Part shown: positions 17,013-25,467 of the stretch, piece by piece | How positions within the stretch are numbered: position 1 is the first letter of the stretch | Layout of the letters: every line of letters begins with the position of its first letter | Source of the DNA: Anaerolineales bacterium | GTDB lineage: Bacteria > Chloroflexota > Anaerolineae > Anaerolineales > UBA4823 | Assembly: GCA_036526235.1 (NCBI GenBank) | Contig: DATCYX010000360.1 | Location: 1-32,455, forward strand | Length of the DNA stretch: 32,455 nt | Reading direction: 5' to 3' | The notes under the pieces: generated by a model | The model's input: the letters and a program-made list of their open reading frames with translations, nothing else | What the model was told of the DNA's origin: nothing | Database searches by the model: none | Made by a program: the position numbers and the translations under genes

Positions 17013-17041
17013 ATTATAGCGAACAAAATGATGCAAGTCAA
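17013..17041 (-). promoter_or_regulatory. Near-consensus sigma-70-type promoter driving the minus-strand arm (TTGACT-17-TATAAT)
   Basis: The minus strand reads TTGACT (complement of 17036-17041), a 17-nt spacer, then TATAAT (complement of 17013-17018). It lies ~30 nt upstream of the TTG start at 16981. Confidence 0.45.
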
Positions 17042-17052
17042 TCTAAAAACGG

Positions 17053-17092
17053 CGTTATTCGTAAAATTTGCTAATAAAATTTACGAATAACG
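17053..17092. promoter_or_regulatory. Perfect 13-bp inverted repeat (CGTTATTCGTAAA-N14-TTTACGAATAACG), candidate Lrp/AsnC operator
   Basis: The arms are 17053-17065 and 17080-17092, placed between the two divergent -35 boxes. A third near-copy, TTTACGAATTACG, lies at 17111-17123 inside the plus-strand promoter spacer. TAAAAT(T/A)T recurs at 17062, 17075, 17094 and 17125. Confidence 0.5.
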
Positions 17093-17102
17093 ATAAAATT
17101 TA

Positions 17103-17130
17103 TTGACTGTTTTACGAATTACGGTAAAAT
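17103..17130 (+). promoter_or_regulatory. Candidate sigma-70-type promoter of the lrp-led plus-strand arm, geometry implying a leaderless mRNA
   Basis: TTGACT at 17103-17108, a 16-nt spacer, then TAAAAT at 17125-17130. Only 6 nt (ATAAGT, no SD) separate the -10 box from the ATG at 17137, so the predicted transcription start falls on or next to the start codon. Confidence 0.4.
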
Positions 17131-17136
17131 ATAAGT

Positions 17137-17640
17137 ATGTTAGATGATATTGATAGATCCATAATTTCGCTCCTGCAATATGATGGTCGCACCCCACATA
17201 CTAAAATCGCCGAGGAGTTGGATATCAACGAGGGGGCCGTTCGGCGTAGGGTGAAAAAGCTCATAGATGAAGGGATCATGCAAATTGTCGCCATCGTTGA
17301 GCCTCATCAATTGGGTTGGAGCGAGGCCGCAATGATTGGGATAACTGTTAATCCGAATATGATCGATGAGGCCGCCACTGCAATTAGTCAATTGCAAGAA
17401 GTAACCTATTTGTTTCAAGCAGCAGGCGAATTTGATCTGTTTGCAGAGGTCTATTGCAAGAATCGAGCGCACTTCGTTTCTTTTCTCAATAACAGGCTTC
17501 AAAAAATCCCTGGCATTGAACGGACCCAGACATTTCTTATTCTCAAAATGTATAAATTATCATATCGCTGGGGTGAGACAGAGGCGCCGCTCGTTAAACA
17601 CACTCTTACGCCTCAATCCACTGAGCCAACGCGCAAATAA
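17137..17640 (+). CDS. Lrp/AsnC-family transcriptional regulator
   Basis: 167 aa. LDDIDRSIISLLQYDGRTPHTKIAEELDINEGAVRRRVKKLIDEGIM is the HTH_AsnC pattern. It is followed by an AsnC_trans_reg/RAM-like ligand domain (AMIGITV...DLFAEVYCKN...FL). Confidence 0.9.
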   Translation: MLDDIDRSIISLLQYDGRTPHTKIAEELDINEGAVRRRVKKLIDEGIMQIVAIVEPHQLGWSEAAMIGITVNPNMIDEAATAISQLQEVTYLFQAAGEFDLFAEVYCKNRAHFVSFLNNRLQKIPGIERTQTFLILKMYKLSYRWGETEAPLVKHTLTPQSTEPTRK

Positions 17641-17647
17641 TTAAGAG

Positions 17648-19075
17648 ATGATGATGAATTGGAACCAAAGCTCAGATGATTTTGTAGAACTTATCCACCA
17701 AAAATCTGCCGAAATCCTTGCTGAGGTTGGTTTCTGCGCCCCTGATAAAACAATGCTATCGCGCCTTATGGCAGCTGGTTTCCCCGTTAACGAAGATACC
17801 CACATGGTTCGCATCCCTGAGGAGTTGATGAAGGCGGCACTTGAGGCGCTCCCCAAAGATGTGAAGCTCTATTATCGGGGCAGTCAACAAGCCGTAGATT
17901 TTGGACGTGGATCTTTATTCATGGGCGCTGGCACGCCGGTCAGCGTGCAGGACCTAAAAACCGGGGACCGCCGTGATGCCACCCGAAGTGATGTGCGTAA
18001 CCTCGTAACTATACAGGATGCTTTGCCACAGGTTGATATCGTCCGGCCAACGGTAACGGCAACTGATATGGGTGCGTGCTCCGATTTGGTAGAAATTGCT
18101 GAACTTTTGATGCATACAGAAAAGCCGGTGGTCCACCGTACGCTATCACCAGACCGCGTTGAAGCGGCGGTAGAAATGTTGGCAGCAGTAGCTGGGGGAT
18201 ATGAGGCTTTACGGGCGTACCCAAACTTTGCTACCTTGTACTGTCCTATAAGCCCGGGTTATTTCACGCCCGAGAATATCCGCTGTATGCTCAAATGGGC
18301 TGAGTTTGGGATACCGATTACTTTGCTGAGCATGGCGATGGGAGGGGCTTCTGCTCCGGCTACTCTTTTGGGGGAACTGCTGGTTATCAATACAGATATA
18401 TTGGCCTGGATCGTCGTTCTAGAGATCCTTTACCCTGGCACGCCGCTATTGTATGGCAGCGTTTCGGCTGTCCTTGATATGCGGACAGGTATTTTACCCC
18501 TAGGCGCGCCAGAACGAGGCATGGTCAACAGTGGTGCCGCGATCATGGGGCATTATTATGGTATCCCTTCTATGTGCGGAGGCTTATCCTCGGATGCAAA
18601 AGAATTAGACGCACAAGCAGGTTTTGAAAAGGCGGTCACGGCAGTGCCTTTGCTTATGGAAGGCGCGAGCATCATCTACGGTGTAGGCGCGGTAGATGCC
18701 GGTTCAGCGATCTCTTACAGCGAGATGGTTATGGATGACGAGTTTATCGGAGCCCTACGCAGGATGATGCAGGGTATTGCGATTCATGACCTGGATGAAG
18801 AAGTTGAGCTTATCAAACGTCTCACACCAAGAGGTAATTTCCTGAAAGAAAAACACACCCGCAAAAACTACCATGAACACTGGCAACCGCATCTCTTAAA
18901 CCGCGAAGCCTATGATACCTGGGCAATTGATCGCAAGACGGTAGCGCAAAAAGCTCGTCAACGAGCTGAAAACATCCTGCAACAACATCAACCAAAACCA
19001 TTGCCTGTAAAAGCCGAAGCAGAGATTGAACGTATCCTCAGCCGTTACTTAGTGGTAGCGGAGGGTTCGCCGTGA
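17648..19075 (+). CDS. MttB-superfamily corrinoid methyltransferase, no pyrrolysine codon, subgroup B
   Basis: 475 aa. It starts 7 nt after the lrp stop. Family pattern: VGFCAPDKTMLSRLMAAGFPVNEDTHMVRIPEELMKAALEALPK, LDMRTG, SSDAKELDAQAGFEKA, C-terminal GNFLKEKHTRKNY. It lacks the subgroup-A blocks. Confidence 0.85.
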   Translation: MMMNWNQSSDDFVELIHQKSAEILAEVGFCAPDKTMLSRLMAAGFPVNEDTHMVRIPEELMKAALEALPKDVKLYYRGSQQAVDFGRGSLFMGAGTPVSVQDLKTGDRRDATRSDVRNLVTIQDALPQVDIVRPTVTATDMGACSDLVEIAELLMHTEKPVVHRTLSPDRVEAAVEMLAAVAGGYEALRAYPNFATLYCPISPGYFTPENIRCMLKWAEFGIPITLLSMAMGGASAPATLLGELLVINTDILAWIVVLEILYPGTPLLYGSVSAVLDMRTGILPLGAPERGMVNSGAAIMGHYYGIPSMCGGLSSDAKELDAQAGFEKAVTAVPLLMEGASIIYGVGAVDAGSAISYSEMVMDDEFIGALRRMMQGIAIHDLDEEVELIKRLTPRGNFLKEKHTRKNYHEHWQPHLLNREAYDTWAIDRKTVAQKARQRAENILQQHQPKPLPVKAEAEIERILSRYLVVAEGSP

Positions 19076-19097
19076 ACTCCCTATATAGGAGTAACTA

Positions 19098-20549
19098 TTG
19101 GTTGAGATCCAACCCATAAAGTCGATATATCCCTTCGAAGCGCTTGATGCTGATCAGCTTGCATGCATAAAGGATGCAACGTTGTACGTGCTAGACAAGG
19201 TTGGTGTGCGTTTTCCATCCGAAAAAGCCCTGAGGATATTTGACGAGCATGGTGCGAATGTGGATTTTGAGACCAAGATTGTATGCATGCCCCCGGATTT
19301 GGTTTTGGAGTCGATGGGCAAAGCTCCCCGAAATTACACCCTCTCTGGACGCGCCGAGGGGACAGACCTTTATCTGGGCAATGGCTACTCTTACTTTTCG
19401 ACCGATGGCTGCGGACACGAGACCCTGGATTTCGAGACCGGCGAAAGACGTCTATCGTGTAAAGAAGATGTAGCCAAAATGGCATGGGTCTGCGATTATC
19501 TTTCTTCGATTGCCTTTTATTGGCCAATCGTCAGCGCTCAAGATTTTGGCCAGCTGGCACCTCTGCATGAGATCGATGCAGCTTTTAATAATACGGTCAA
19601 ACATGTCCAGACCGAAACGGTTATGGGCATGGGAATGGCTAAATACGCAATCAGGATGGCAGAGGTGGTTGCCGGTGACATGGAATCCCTGAGAGAGGCC
19701 CCTGTGCTTTCCAGCCTTATTTGCACAATTGCTCCATTGAGCCAGGATCGGGAAGGCATTGAAGGGGCAATGGTCTTTGCTGAAGCAGGGATACCGGTTG
19801 GGTTTATGGGGATGCCCAATATGGGATCAACCGCGCCAGCTGTGCCGGGAGGGGCCTTGGTGGTGGCAAACGCCGAAACAGTGAGTGCGATGGTTCTTAT
19901 GCAGCTGGTGGCACCTGGCGCCCCGGTTTTCCAATCCATCCTGGTTTCCGGTATGGATCCACAATCGGCGGATTATATCGTCAGCTCGCCGGAGAAGTAT
20001 TTGTGCAATGTGGCAGCTGTACAAATAGCGCATGATTGGGGTGTGCCATCGCTGGCGGGTACCTTTGGTGTGGACTGCCCAGAACCAGCTAGCTGGCAAT
20101 TAGGACGGGATAGCGTCTACACCGCTTTGCTGACTGCATTGGCTGGGACGGATATAACGATTGGTTTAGGAATGCTAAAAGCATCTACCTTGCTGGTTCC
20201 TGAGCAGATTATCTTTGATGACGAGATTTACCATATTCACCGTGTGCTTGCCCGGGGATTGGATATTCGGGAGTCGAGCTTGGCTGTTGATGTCATTGAA
20301 GCTGTGGGTCCAGCTGGACATTTCCTGCGTCAAAAACACACGCGAACGAATATTCGAGAACGGTGGATACCCAAATTGACTCACCCTTCTCCATCGATGG
20401 ATGGGACAACAACGCCGCATATACGCCTGCGGGCTAAGGCAGAATTCGATCGAATACTAAAGCAACACCAACCCGAGCCCCTTAGCGATCGAAAACAGCA
20501 GGAACTTAGAACTATCATCGAGATCGCGCAAAATGACATTGGAATCTGA
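19098..20549 (+). CDS. MttB-superfamily corrinoid methyltransferase, no pyrrolysine codon, subgroup A
   Basis: 483 aa. The TTG start has AGGAG 7 nt upstream. Motifs are FYWPIVSAQDFGQLAPLHEIDAAFNNTVKHVQTET, LICTIAPLSQD and VGPAGHFLRQKHTR. It is a clear paralog of the ORFs at 10665 and 26946. Confidence 0.85.
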   Translation: MVEIQPIKSIYPFEALDADQLACIKDATLYVLDKVGVRFPSEKALRIFDEHGANVDFETKIVCMPPDLVLESMGKAPRNYTLSGRAEGTDLYLGNGYSYFSTDGCGHETLDFETGERRLSCKEDVAKMAWVCDYLSSIAFYWPIVSAQDFGQLAPLHEIDAAFNNTVKHVQTETVMGMGMAKYAIRMAEVVAGDMESLREAPVLSSLICTIAPLSQDREGIEGAMVFAEAGIPVGFMGMPNMGSTAPAVPGGALVVANAETVSAMVLMQLVAPGAPVFQSILVSGMDPQSADYIVSSPEKYLCNVAAVQIAHDWGVPSLAGTFGVDCPEPASWQLGRDSVYTALLTALAGTDITIGLGMLKASTLLVPEQIIFDDEIYHIHRVLARGLDIRESSLAVDVIEAVGPAGHFLRQKHTRTNIRERWIPKLTHPSPSMDGTTTPHIRLRAKAEFDRILKQHQPEPLSDRKQQELRTIIEIAQNDIGI

Positions 20550-20596
20550 CTTATGGGGGAAGATGACAAAGACCGTATGAGAAAAAGGAGGAATTT

Positions 20597-21247
20597 ATGG
20601 AAGACGAAATGTATAAAAAACTAGCCCAGGCTGTAATTGATGGCGAACCGGAAGACGCCGTAGCGCTCGCCAAAGAGGCGCTAGCGCAAGGGTTAGACCC
20701 CATGGAGTGCATCACGCAAGGCCTTACAAAAGGCATACAAGAGGTTGGTACGCTATTCTCTTGCGGCGATTACTTTTTGCCAGAGCTGATCATCGGTGCC
20801 GAGGCGATGAAAGATGCCTTGGCAATCCTCGAGCCAGCTTTGCTTGCGGATCAAAAACGCGATGTGGTAGCCAATGTGGTGCTCGGTACTGTTGAAGGTG
20901 ACGTACACGAGATTGGCAAGACACTGGTGGGGACAATGTTGACTGCCAATGGCTTCAAGGTCACAGATATTGGGGTTGACAAACCAGCCGCAGAGTTTAT
21001 CGAGGCCATCAAGGAAACGGGCGCCACAATCGTCGGGGTATCGGCATTGCTAACAACCACAATGTTACAACAGGAAAAAATAATCCGCGCCTTGGAGGAA
21101 GCAGGTCTCCGTAATGAAGTCAAGGTCATGGTCGGTGGAGCACCTGTTACCGCGAGTTATGCAAAGCAAATCGGAGCCGATGGCTATGCTGATGATGCAA
21201 TCTCAGCAGTGGCTCTGGCTATGCGTCTCGCTGACGCGCCAGCATAA
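20597..21247 (+). CDS. Corrinoid (cobalamin-binding) methyl-carrier protein, MtgC/MttC/MtbC-like
   Basis: 216 aa. AGGAGG lies upstream. It has an N-terminal B12-binding cap helix bundle. The DxHxxG motif is GDVHEIGK (nt 20900-20917), with SALLTTT (SxL) and VMVGGAP (GG) in a Rossmann-like B12-binding domain. Confidence 0.9.
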   Translation: MEDEMYKKLAQAVIDGEPEDAVALAKEALAQGLDPMECITQGLTKGIQEVGTLFSCGDYFLPELIIGAEAMKDALAILEPALLADQKRDVVANVVLGTVEGDVHEIGKTLVGTMLTANGFKVTDIGVDKPAAEFIEAIKETGATIVGVSALLTTTMLQQEKIIRALEEAGLRNEVKVMVGGAPVTASYAKQIGADGYADDAISAVALAMRLADAPA

Positions 21248-21300
21248 ATTTGCTGGAAATGTTGGTTAGATCCGAGCAACAATAACAAAAGGAGGCACAC

Positions 21301-23118
21301 GTGTATTTGAACACCCTGAAAAAAAACCTAATCTTCGGTTTGCTGATTCTCCTCCTGGCATTTTCTCTGGCCTCGTGTGGTCAGAAAGAAGCAGAAGTGC
21401 CGACTGAGGTCACAGTAATCGAGCCGACGGCTGTAGTGGAACCAACTGAGCAACCAGCCGAAGAACCAACCGTTGCCGTGGAGCCAACTGCTGAAGAAGC
21501 ACCGATGCCTGAACAATCCACGATTGTTATCTTGGTTCCAGAAGACCCAACCGGCTTCAATGGTTTGCTGACCGATACAGGTTATGAGCAGCTGGTAGGC
21601 GAGCTGGTCATGCTGTCGGTAGCAGAAGTCGATCCCATGGGGAACGTTATTCCAGAAATAGCCGCGGAAATTCCGACACTGGAGAATGGGGGTGTGGAGT
21701 TCGATGAAGAAAACTGGACAATGAATGTGATATGGAAGATCCGTGATGATGTCTACTGGGCGGATGGTGAGCAGCTCACTGTTGATGACATCATCTTCTC
21801 CTGGAACGTCATCACCGATCCGGATAATGGAACCTGGACAGATGGTCTGGATTACACCGACAGCATTGAGAAGATAGACGACTTCACCTTCAAGGTCTTT
21901 TACAATACGGTTTACACAGCCTACCAGACCCAGTTTGGCGGGGAAAACTTCTTTGTATATCCTGAGCATTATTGCGATGCATCCCAGGGATTTTTTGAGT
22001 GGGATTGTGACAAAGAACCGCTAAGCAGCGGTCCATTCATGCTGGAAGAGTGGGTGACAAACGATCACCTGACCTTTGTGAAGAACCCCAACTACTTTGA
22101 AGCTGGAAAACCAGGGATTGACAGGGTTATCGTCCAGATCATCCCGGAGCAAACTGTGCGAAAGACATTGATGCTGGAAGGCGATGCTGATTTGCACGTT
22201 TGGCCACCAGACGCGATTTGGCAGGAATACGAAAACGCGCCCGACCTCCAGGCCGTGAAGTCCCCCACGGAGCGATGGGTGATGCGTTTCATTCCGAACT
22301 TAGCAGCCAGAGGAGAGACAGATCCAGTAGAGAATCCACATCCATTCCTCAGCGACGTTCGCGTCCGCCAAGCAATTCGTCATGCAATTAACGTAGATAC
22401 CCTCATTGAGGACATATTCCTAGGTCATGGTGTGCCGGTGTGGACGGAATTTTTCCGCCCGCCGTACATCTGTGATATCCCTCGACCCGAATATTCTCCA
22501 CAAGGGGCAATAGATTTGCTTGAAGAAGCCGGGTGGACAGACTCTGATGGCGACGGTGTTCGTGAATGCCGTGGCTGCGAGACCGCAGAAGAAGGCACCC
22601 CGATGGCGATGGAGCTAGCGATATATGCTGAGTATGGCGAAGAGCTAGAATTGGCTCAGCAGTTGGTCGCAGAGGACCTCAAAGCCGTTGGTTTTGATGT
22701 GACTTTACAGATCGTTGAGGGTGCAGTTCTGTGGGATCCCGAGTCGGGTACCGAGATCCAAGGCAATTTCGACATGGATATGTGGGACGATGGATATCCG
22801 GGCATTGACCCCACAGACAACCAGTTGTGGTACTACTACCATACAGATGCCTCAGATCCTGAGAGCGGTGGCTGGAATGTCATGCGCTGGCAAAATGAGG
22901 ATTTCGACGCATTGTATGATGAGCTGTTTACTCTCGACGAAGAATATCGCACAGAGGTTTTCTGTCAGATAGCCACACTTCTCGATGAAGAGGTCCCCCA
23001 AATCCTGCTGTTCTCCACGCTGGAGATGCATGGGCTTTCTGGGCACCTAAACGGTGTGTTGCCTTCCGTCAACGACACGGTGACTTGGAACATAGCAGAC
23101 TGGACGCTCAGCGAATAA
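21301..23118 (+). CDS. ABC transporter substrate-binding lipoprotein, family 5 (peptide/nickel/opine type)
   Basis: 605 aa. The GTG start has AGGAGG 5 nt upstream. The signal peptide has the lipobox LASC. A ~50-aa Glu/Pro/Thr/Val-rich tether follows (VEPT repeats). The body has an SBP_bac_5-like pattern (WADGEQLTVDDIIFSW, GPFMLEEWVTNDHLTFVKNPNYF). Confidence 0.85.
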   Translation: MYLNTLKKNLIFGLLILLLAFSLASCGQKEAEVPTEVTVIEPTAVVEPTEQPAEEPTVAVEPTAEEAPMPEQSTIVILVPEDPTGFNGLLTDTGYEQLVGELVMLSVAEVDPMGNVIPEIAAEIPTLENGGVEFDEENWTMNVIWKIRDDVYWADGEQLTVDDIIFSWNVITDPDNGTWTDGLDYTDSIEKIDDFTFKVFYNTVYTAYQTQFGGENFFVYPEHYCDASQGFFEWDCDKEPLSSGPFMLEEWVTNDHLTFVKNPNYFEAGKPGIDRVIVQIIPEQTVRKTLMLEGDADLHVWPPDAIWQEYENAPDLQAVKSPTERWVMRFIPNLAARGETDPVENPHPFLSDVRVRQAIRHAINVDTLIEDIFLGHGVPVWTEFFRPPYICDIPRPEYSPQGAIDLLEEAGWTDSDGDGVRECRGCETAEEGTPMAMELAIYAEYGEELELAQQLVAEDLKAVGFDVTLQIVEGAVLWDPESGTEIQGNFDMDMWDDGYPGIDPTDNQLWYYYHTDASDPESGGWNVMRWQNEDFDALYDELFTLDEEYRTEVFCQIATLLDEEVPQILLFSTLEMHGLSGHLNGVLPSVNDTVTWNIADWTLSE

Positions 23119-23211
23119 CCCTCAAGGGTGATTTTGGCAACACCATATATCATAGGGAGAAGGGCACAACCCTTCTCCCTACCAATACTTGAAAGGACTG
23201 AAGGAGTGTAG

Positions 23212-24252
23212 ATGGGCAAGTACATCGTTCGTCGCCTACTTCAGGCAATTCCAATATTATTTCTCATCAGCATCATTCTGTTTACCCTCGTGAACATCGC
23301 CCCAGGGGGGCCCCTGGGAGGACATGGGCGCACCCGACGGGTCAAGCAGGAAAAGATTGATGCGCTTAAGCGACAATTTGGCCTGGATAAACCATTGCCT
23401 CTTCAATATGTGATTTGGTTGATTGGTAACGATTGGATGCAGGTGGACGAAGATGGGGATGGAATCTTGGACAGCTATGGCTTAAGAAAGGGCATCTTGA
23501 GAGGAGATTTTGGGATCTCGATAAAAACGCGCAATCCTGTGTTAGAAGAGATTGGAGACCGATTACCCAATACCATTTACTTGATGACCGTCACCCTACT
23601 TGTAGTAGCCATTGTGGCGATTCCTATTGGGATCATTTCCGCCCTCAGGCAATACTCAGCGTTTGATATTACTGCTACCACATTGTCTTTTATGGGGCAG
23701 GCGATTCCGGAGTTTTGGCTGGGCCTGATCTTGATTCTGATCTTTTACGCCTGGTTAGATAATCCCTTTACTGGAGAGCCACTTTTACCGTCAGGTGGTA
23801 TGCAAACCATCGGTATGGAATTTTCCCTATGGGATCGAATTCAGCATTTGATCTTGCCGGTGACGATGGGCATGGTCGGTTGGATAGCATGGTACTCGCG
23901 GTTCTTGCGCTCGAGTATGCTCGAGGTGATCAACAAAGATTATATTCGGACAGCGCGCGCCAAAGGACAATCAGAGCGAAAGGTATTGTACAAGCATGCG
24001 TTAAAAAACGCCCTAATCCCCCTGGTGACGATTATCGCCTTGGATATCCCTTATATTTTTTCTGGTTCACTGTACGTGGAATTGCTTTTCTCATGGCCAG
24101 GCATGGGGCGTCTTTACTATGATGCGGCTACTTTCCGCGATTATCCGGTGTTGCTGGCGGTTTTAATTATCGGTGCGAGTCTAATTATCTTGAGCAACTT
24201 GTTGGCAGATATTGCCTATGCCTTTTTAGACCCAAGGGTTCGCTTTGAGTGA
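23212..24252 (+). CDS. ABC transporter permease, DppB/OppB-like
   Basis: 346 aa. AAGGAG lies upstream. The N-terminus MGKYIVRRLLQAIPILFLISIILFTLV is canonical for this family. It has multiple TM helices, the BPD_transp_1 region RTARAKGQSERKVLYKHALKNALIP, and the C-terminus LADIAYAFLDPRVR. Confidence 0.9.
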   Translation: MGKYIVRRLLQAIPILFLISIILFTLVNIAPGGPLGGHGRTRRVKQEKIDALKRQFGLDKPLPLQYVIWLIGNDWMQVDEDGDGILDSYGLRKGILRGDFGISIKTRNPVLEEIGDRLPNTIYLMTVTLLVVAIVAIPIGIISALRQYSAFDITATTLSFMGQAIPEFWLGLILILIFYAWLDNPFTGEPLLPSGGMQTIGMEFSLWDRIQHLILPVTMGMVGWIAWYSRFLRSSMLEVINKDYIRTARAKGQSERKVLYKHALKNALIPLVTIIALDIPYIFSGSLYVELLFSWPGMGRLYYDAATFRDYPVLLAVLIIGASLIILSNLLADIAYAFLDPRVRFE

Positions 24253-24348
24253 TTTCTTTTTTAGGAAGCTGCTGGACGGTTTAAAAATGGATGACCTCCC
24301 ACAACTCGCCTAGAACAAGGCAAATCAAAAAGAAACAATATTTATCCT

Positions 24349-25293
24349 GTGATGAGTAACATGGCCGACGTAAGAGACAAAAAGGTGAAAGCTCAGAATA
24401 GCTTGTCAAGGCATGAAAGCATGGCTGCCATGATCTGGCGAAGGTTTCGTCACCATCCTGGCGCAGTCGTTGGGGCTATTGTACTTTCCATATTAATCAT
24501 TGCGACGCTTCTAGTACCGTTATCTCCATACGATCCTGAGCTGTCCAATGTCTCAATGCGCTTACAACCGCCCTCGTGGCAGCATCCTTTTGGGACGGAT
24601 GGTTTGGGCAGGGATATGCTGACGCGCGTGCTGTATGGTGGTCGCATATCATTGCTGGTTGGATTTATGGTGGTTGTCATCACGTTAGTAATCGGTGTCC
24701 CCATAGGAGCGATTGCTGGGTACTTCGGAGGCTGGGTAGACAATATCTTGATGCGAATTATTGATGCAACGTTGGCTTTGCCTTCTTTGTTGGTGCTTAT
24801 CTTGCTTAGCGCAGTATTGAGGGAAGTTGATCTTCCGCTAATCGAAAAGAATAACGTGTTGACCATTGCCGTGGTGATTGGCTTGCTCTCGTGGATGACC
24901 GTGGCGCGTCTAGTACGGGCGATCTTTCTCACCCTGCGGGAAATCGAATATGTCACTGCAGCGCAAGCCCTAGGCGCATCTAGCTTGCAGATTATGGCAA
25001 GTGAGATTCTGCCAAATGGCTTAGGCCCTATTATTGTTGAATCGACGCTCGAGATTGGTTGGGCGATCATGGAAGAGTCTGGGCTTTCTTTTTTGGGATT
25101 TGGCATCCAACCCCCAACAGCAAGTTGGGGAAATTTGCTTGGCAATGCTCAAGAACATCTCACGACCCAACCTTGGCTGGCAATTTTCCCCGGGATAATG
25201 ATCTTTCTAACTATTATCTCTGTGAACTACATTGGCGATGGCCTGCGGGATGCTTTAGATCCCTACAAGATATTAGGACAAATTGGTGAATGA
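24349..25293 (+). CDS. ABC transporter permease, DppC/OppC-like
   Basis: 314 aa. The start is GTG at 24349 or ATG at 24352, with no clear SD. Motifs are PFGTDGLGRDMLTRVLYGGRISLLVG, YVTAAQALGAS and NYIGDGLRDALDP. Confidence 0.85.
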   Translation: MMSNMADVRDKKVKAQNSLSRHESMAAMIWRRFRHHPGAVVGAIVLSILIIATLLVPLSPYDPELSNVSMRLQPPSWQHPFGTDGLGRDMLTRVLYGGRISLLVGFMVVVITLVIGVPIGAIAGYFGGWVDNILMRIIDATLALPSLLVLILLSAVLREVDLPLIEKNNVLTIAVVIGLLSWMTVARLVRAIFLTLREIEYVTAAQALGASSLQIMASEILPNGLGPIIVESTLEIGWAIMEESGLSFLGFGIQPPTASWGNLLGNAQEHLTTQPWLAIFPGIMIFLTIISVNYIGDGLRDALDPYKILGQIGE

Positions 25294-25467
25294 GAAAGGA
25301 AGCAGAAAGGAAGGCGGATGGACAATATCGCCATCCAGTTGAGGTAGTGCGTGAGCGGATTGTTTGGTAAGTGGATGCTATAAGATCGGGTCACAAGAAG
25401 GTGGTAAACGTAAGGAGATAGCTCGTAGCCTGGCTTGTGCCAATAAGAGCTGATCGGGGAAGGGTAA

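Noticed and set aside
14643-17136. Cobalamin or glycine riboswitch in the leaders of the corrinoid, DMGDH or transporter genes (also checked 25294-25467)
   Set aside because: I could not find a B12-box-like or glycine-riboswitch-like core by eye. The predicted 5' UTRs are short (about 0-35 nt). An Infernal/Rfam scan would be the decisive test.
21400-21520. Apparent tandem DNA repeat G(T/A)GGA(A/G)CCAAC(T/C)G
   Set aside because: It is the coding image of a low-complexity Glu-Pro-Thr tether in the binding lipoprotein. It is in frame and imperfect, so it is not a non-coding repeat or a CRISPR-like array.
21328-21969. 213-aa minus-strand ORF, and similar long antisense ORFs (6357-6830, 10010-10483, 19081-19527, 19538-19939, 24450-25145, 27043-27450, 28702-29175, 30475-31014)
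   Set aside because: All lie wholly inside confidently identified genes on the opposite strand. They are typical shadow ORFs.
25316-25336. Hairpin GGATGG-N9-CCATCC after the permease gene, as a possible intrinsic terminator
   Set aside because: The stem is only 6 bp and no T-run follows. I found no convincing Rho-independent terminator anywhere in the window, including the convergent gap at 9084-9264.
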